Source: Octopus sinensis
Lineage: Eukaryota
DNA: 64,000 bases
Reading direction: 5' to 3'
NCBI RefSeq assembly: GCF_006345805.1
Contig: NC_042997.1
Location: forward strand, 38,006,001-38,070,000
The translations under genes were made by a program, and so were the position numbers. Shown one piece after another: positions 63,443 to 64,000 of the stretch; position 1 is the stretch's first letter; every line of letters begins with the position of its first letter. Under the pieces are notes generated by a model that saw nothing but the letters and a program-made list of their open reading frames with translations, had not been told where the DNA came from and searched no databases.

Positions 63443-64000
63443 ACATTCTTGAAACATATTAAACCAGTTATATTTTGCAATGACATTATTCATAGATGCG
63501 TCTTTTGCATATAAAACAAGCCAGTATCAAAGAGATTCATTCCTACACAATATTAGTCATGGTGTAGTTCAAGTTAAACTAAGTAGCGTAATTTTCAGTC
63601 ATCAATTGTTACAGTTAACCAACGTTCAAGCAATTAGAATAGTAGACTCTTTGCACTCTGAAGGACTAGGATGGTTTTATGCGTTATCTGATTGTTCAAC
63701 GTCCATACTTGGTACTAATGTGCCGTGAAGCTATGTAGTGACGCCTAGATTGAACTGTGCATCAGAGAAACATCAGTCGTCCTTTTATTAAATTACATGT
63801 GAGTAGCAGCTTTAGAAAAATGCAAAAGCTTATAGTTCTGAAACGGTAGATACGACTGGTATAGAACTGTTGATTTCACTGTATCCTGAAACATTGTTTA
63901 CTCAACCCATACAGGGACATTTGACAGTCTAATAATAGGTCACTTTCAGAAAAATAGGTTTCTGCCTGTAATGATGAACCTACACATATATTCGCTATCT

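Overview
AT-rich, microsatellite-dense animal genomic DNA. The SINE families and repeat landscape suggest an octopod cephalopod (inference from memory, not a database match). I found no host protein-coding gene I can support, and most ORFs in the supplied track are translations of simple repeats or SINEs. The window is a mosaic of: three main tRNA-derived SINE families (labelled A, B and C here; probably the described octopus OK/OR-type SINEs, assignment unverified); three R4/Dong-type LINE relics, one sitting in an (AAT)n target; an RTE-type 3' end with three C2H2 fingers; a decayed L1/Tx1-like RT; a mariner relic; two Helentron/DINE-like non-autonomous elements; several MITE-like hairpins; and a ~2.1-2.8 kb local tandem duplication. 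The most notable signals are linked to Penelope-like elements (PLEs). (i) A short (TA)n-embedded repeat carries a complete minimal type I hammerhead-ribozyme fold with an unusual CUGU(C/G)GA core; three copies at 35980-37796 form an inverted+tandem array around ~550 bp of genomic cargo, a retrozyme-like layout. (ii) A GIY-YIG PLE is present as a 3.4 kb inverted dimer (53670-57083) with a different hammerhead variant in each terminal repeat. (iii) An adjacent, nearly spacer-less 1.08 kb palindrome lies at 57175-58259. Arm differences there are mostly homopolymer indels, so a long-read fold-back or assembly artefact must be excluded.
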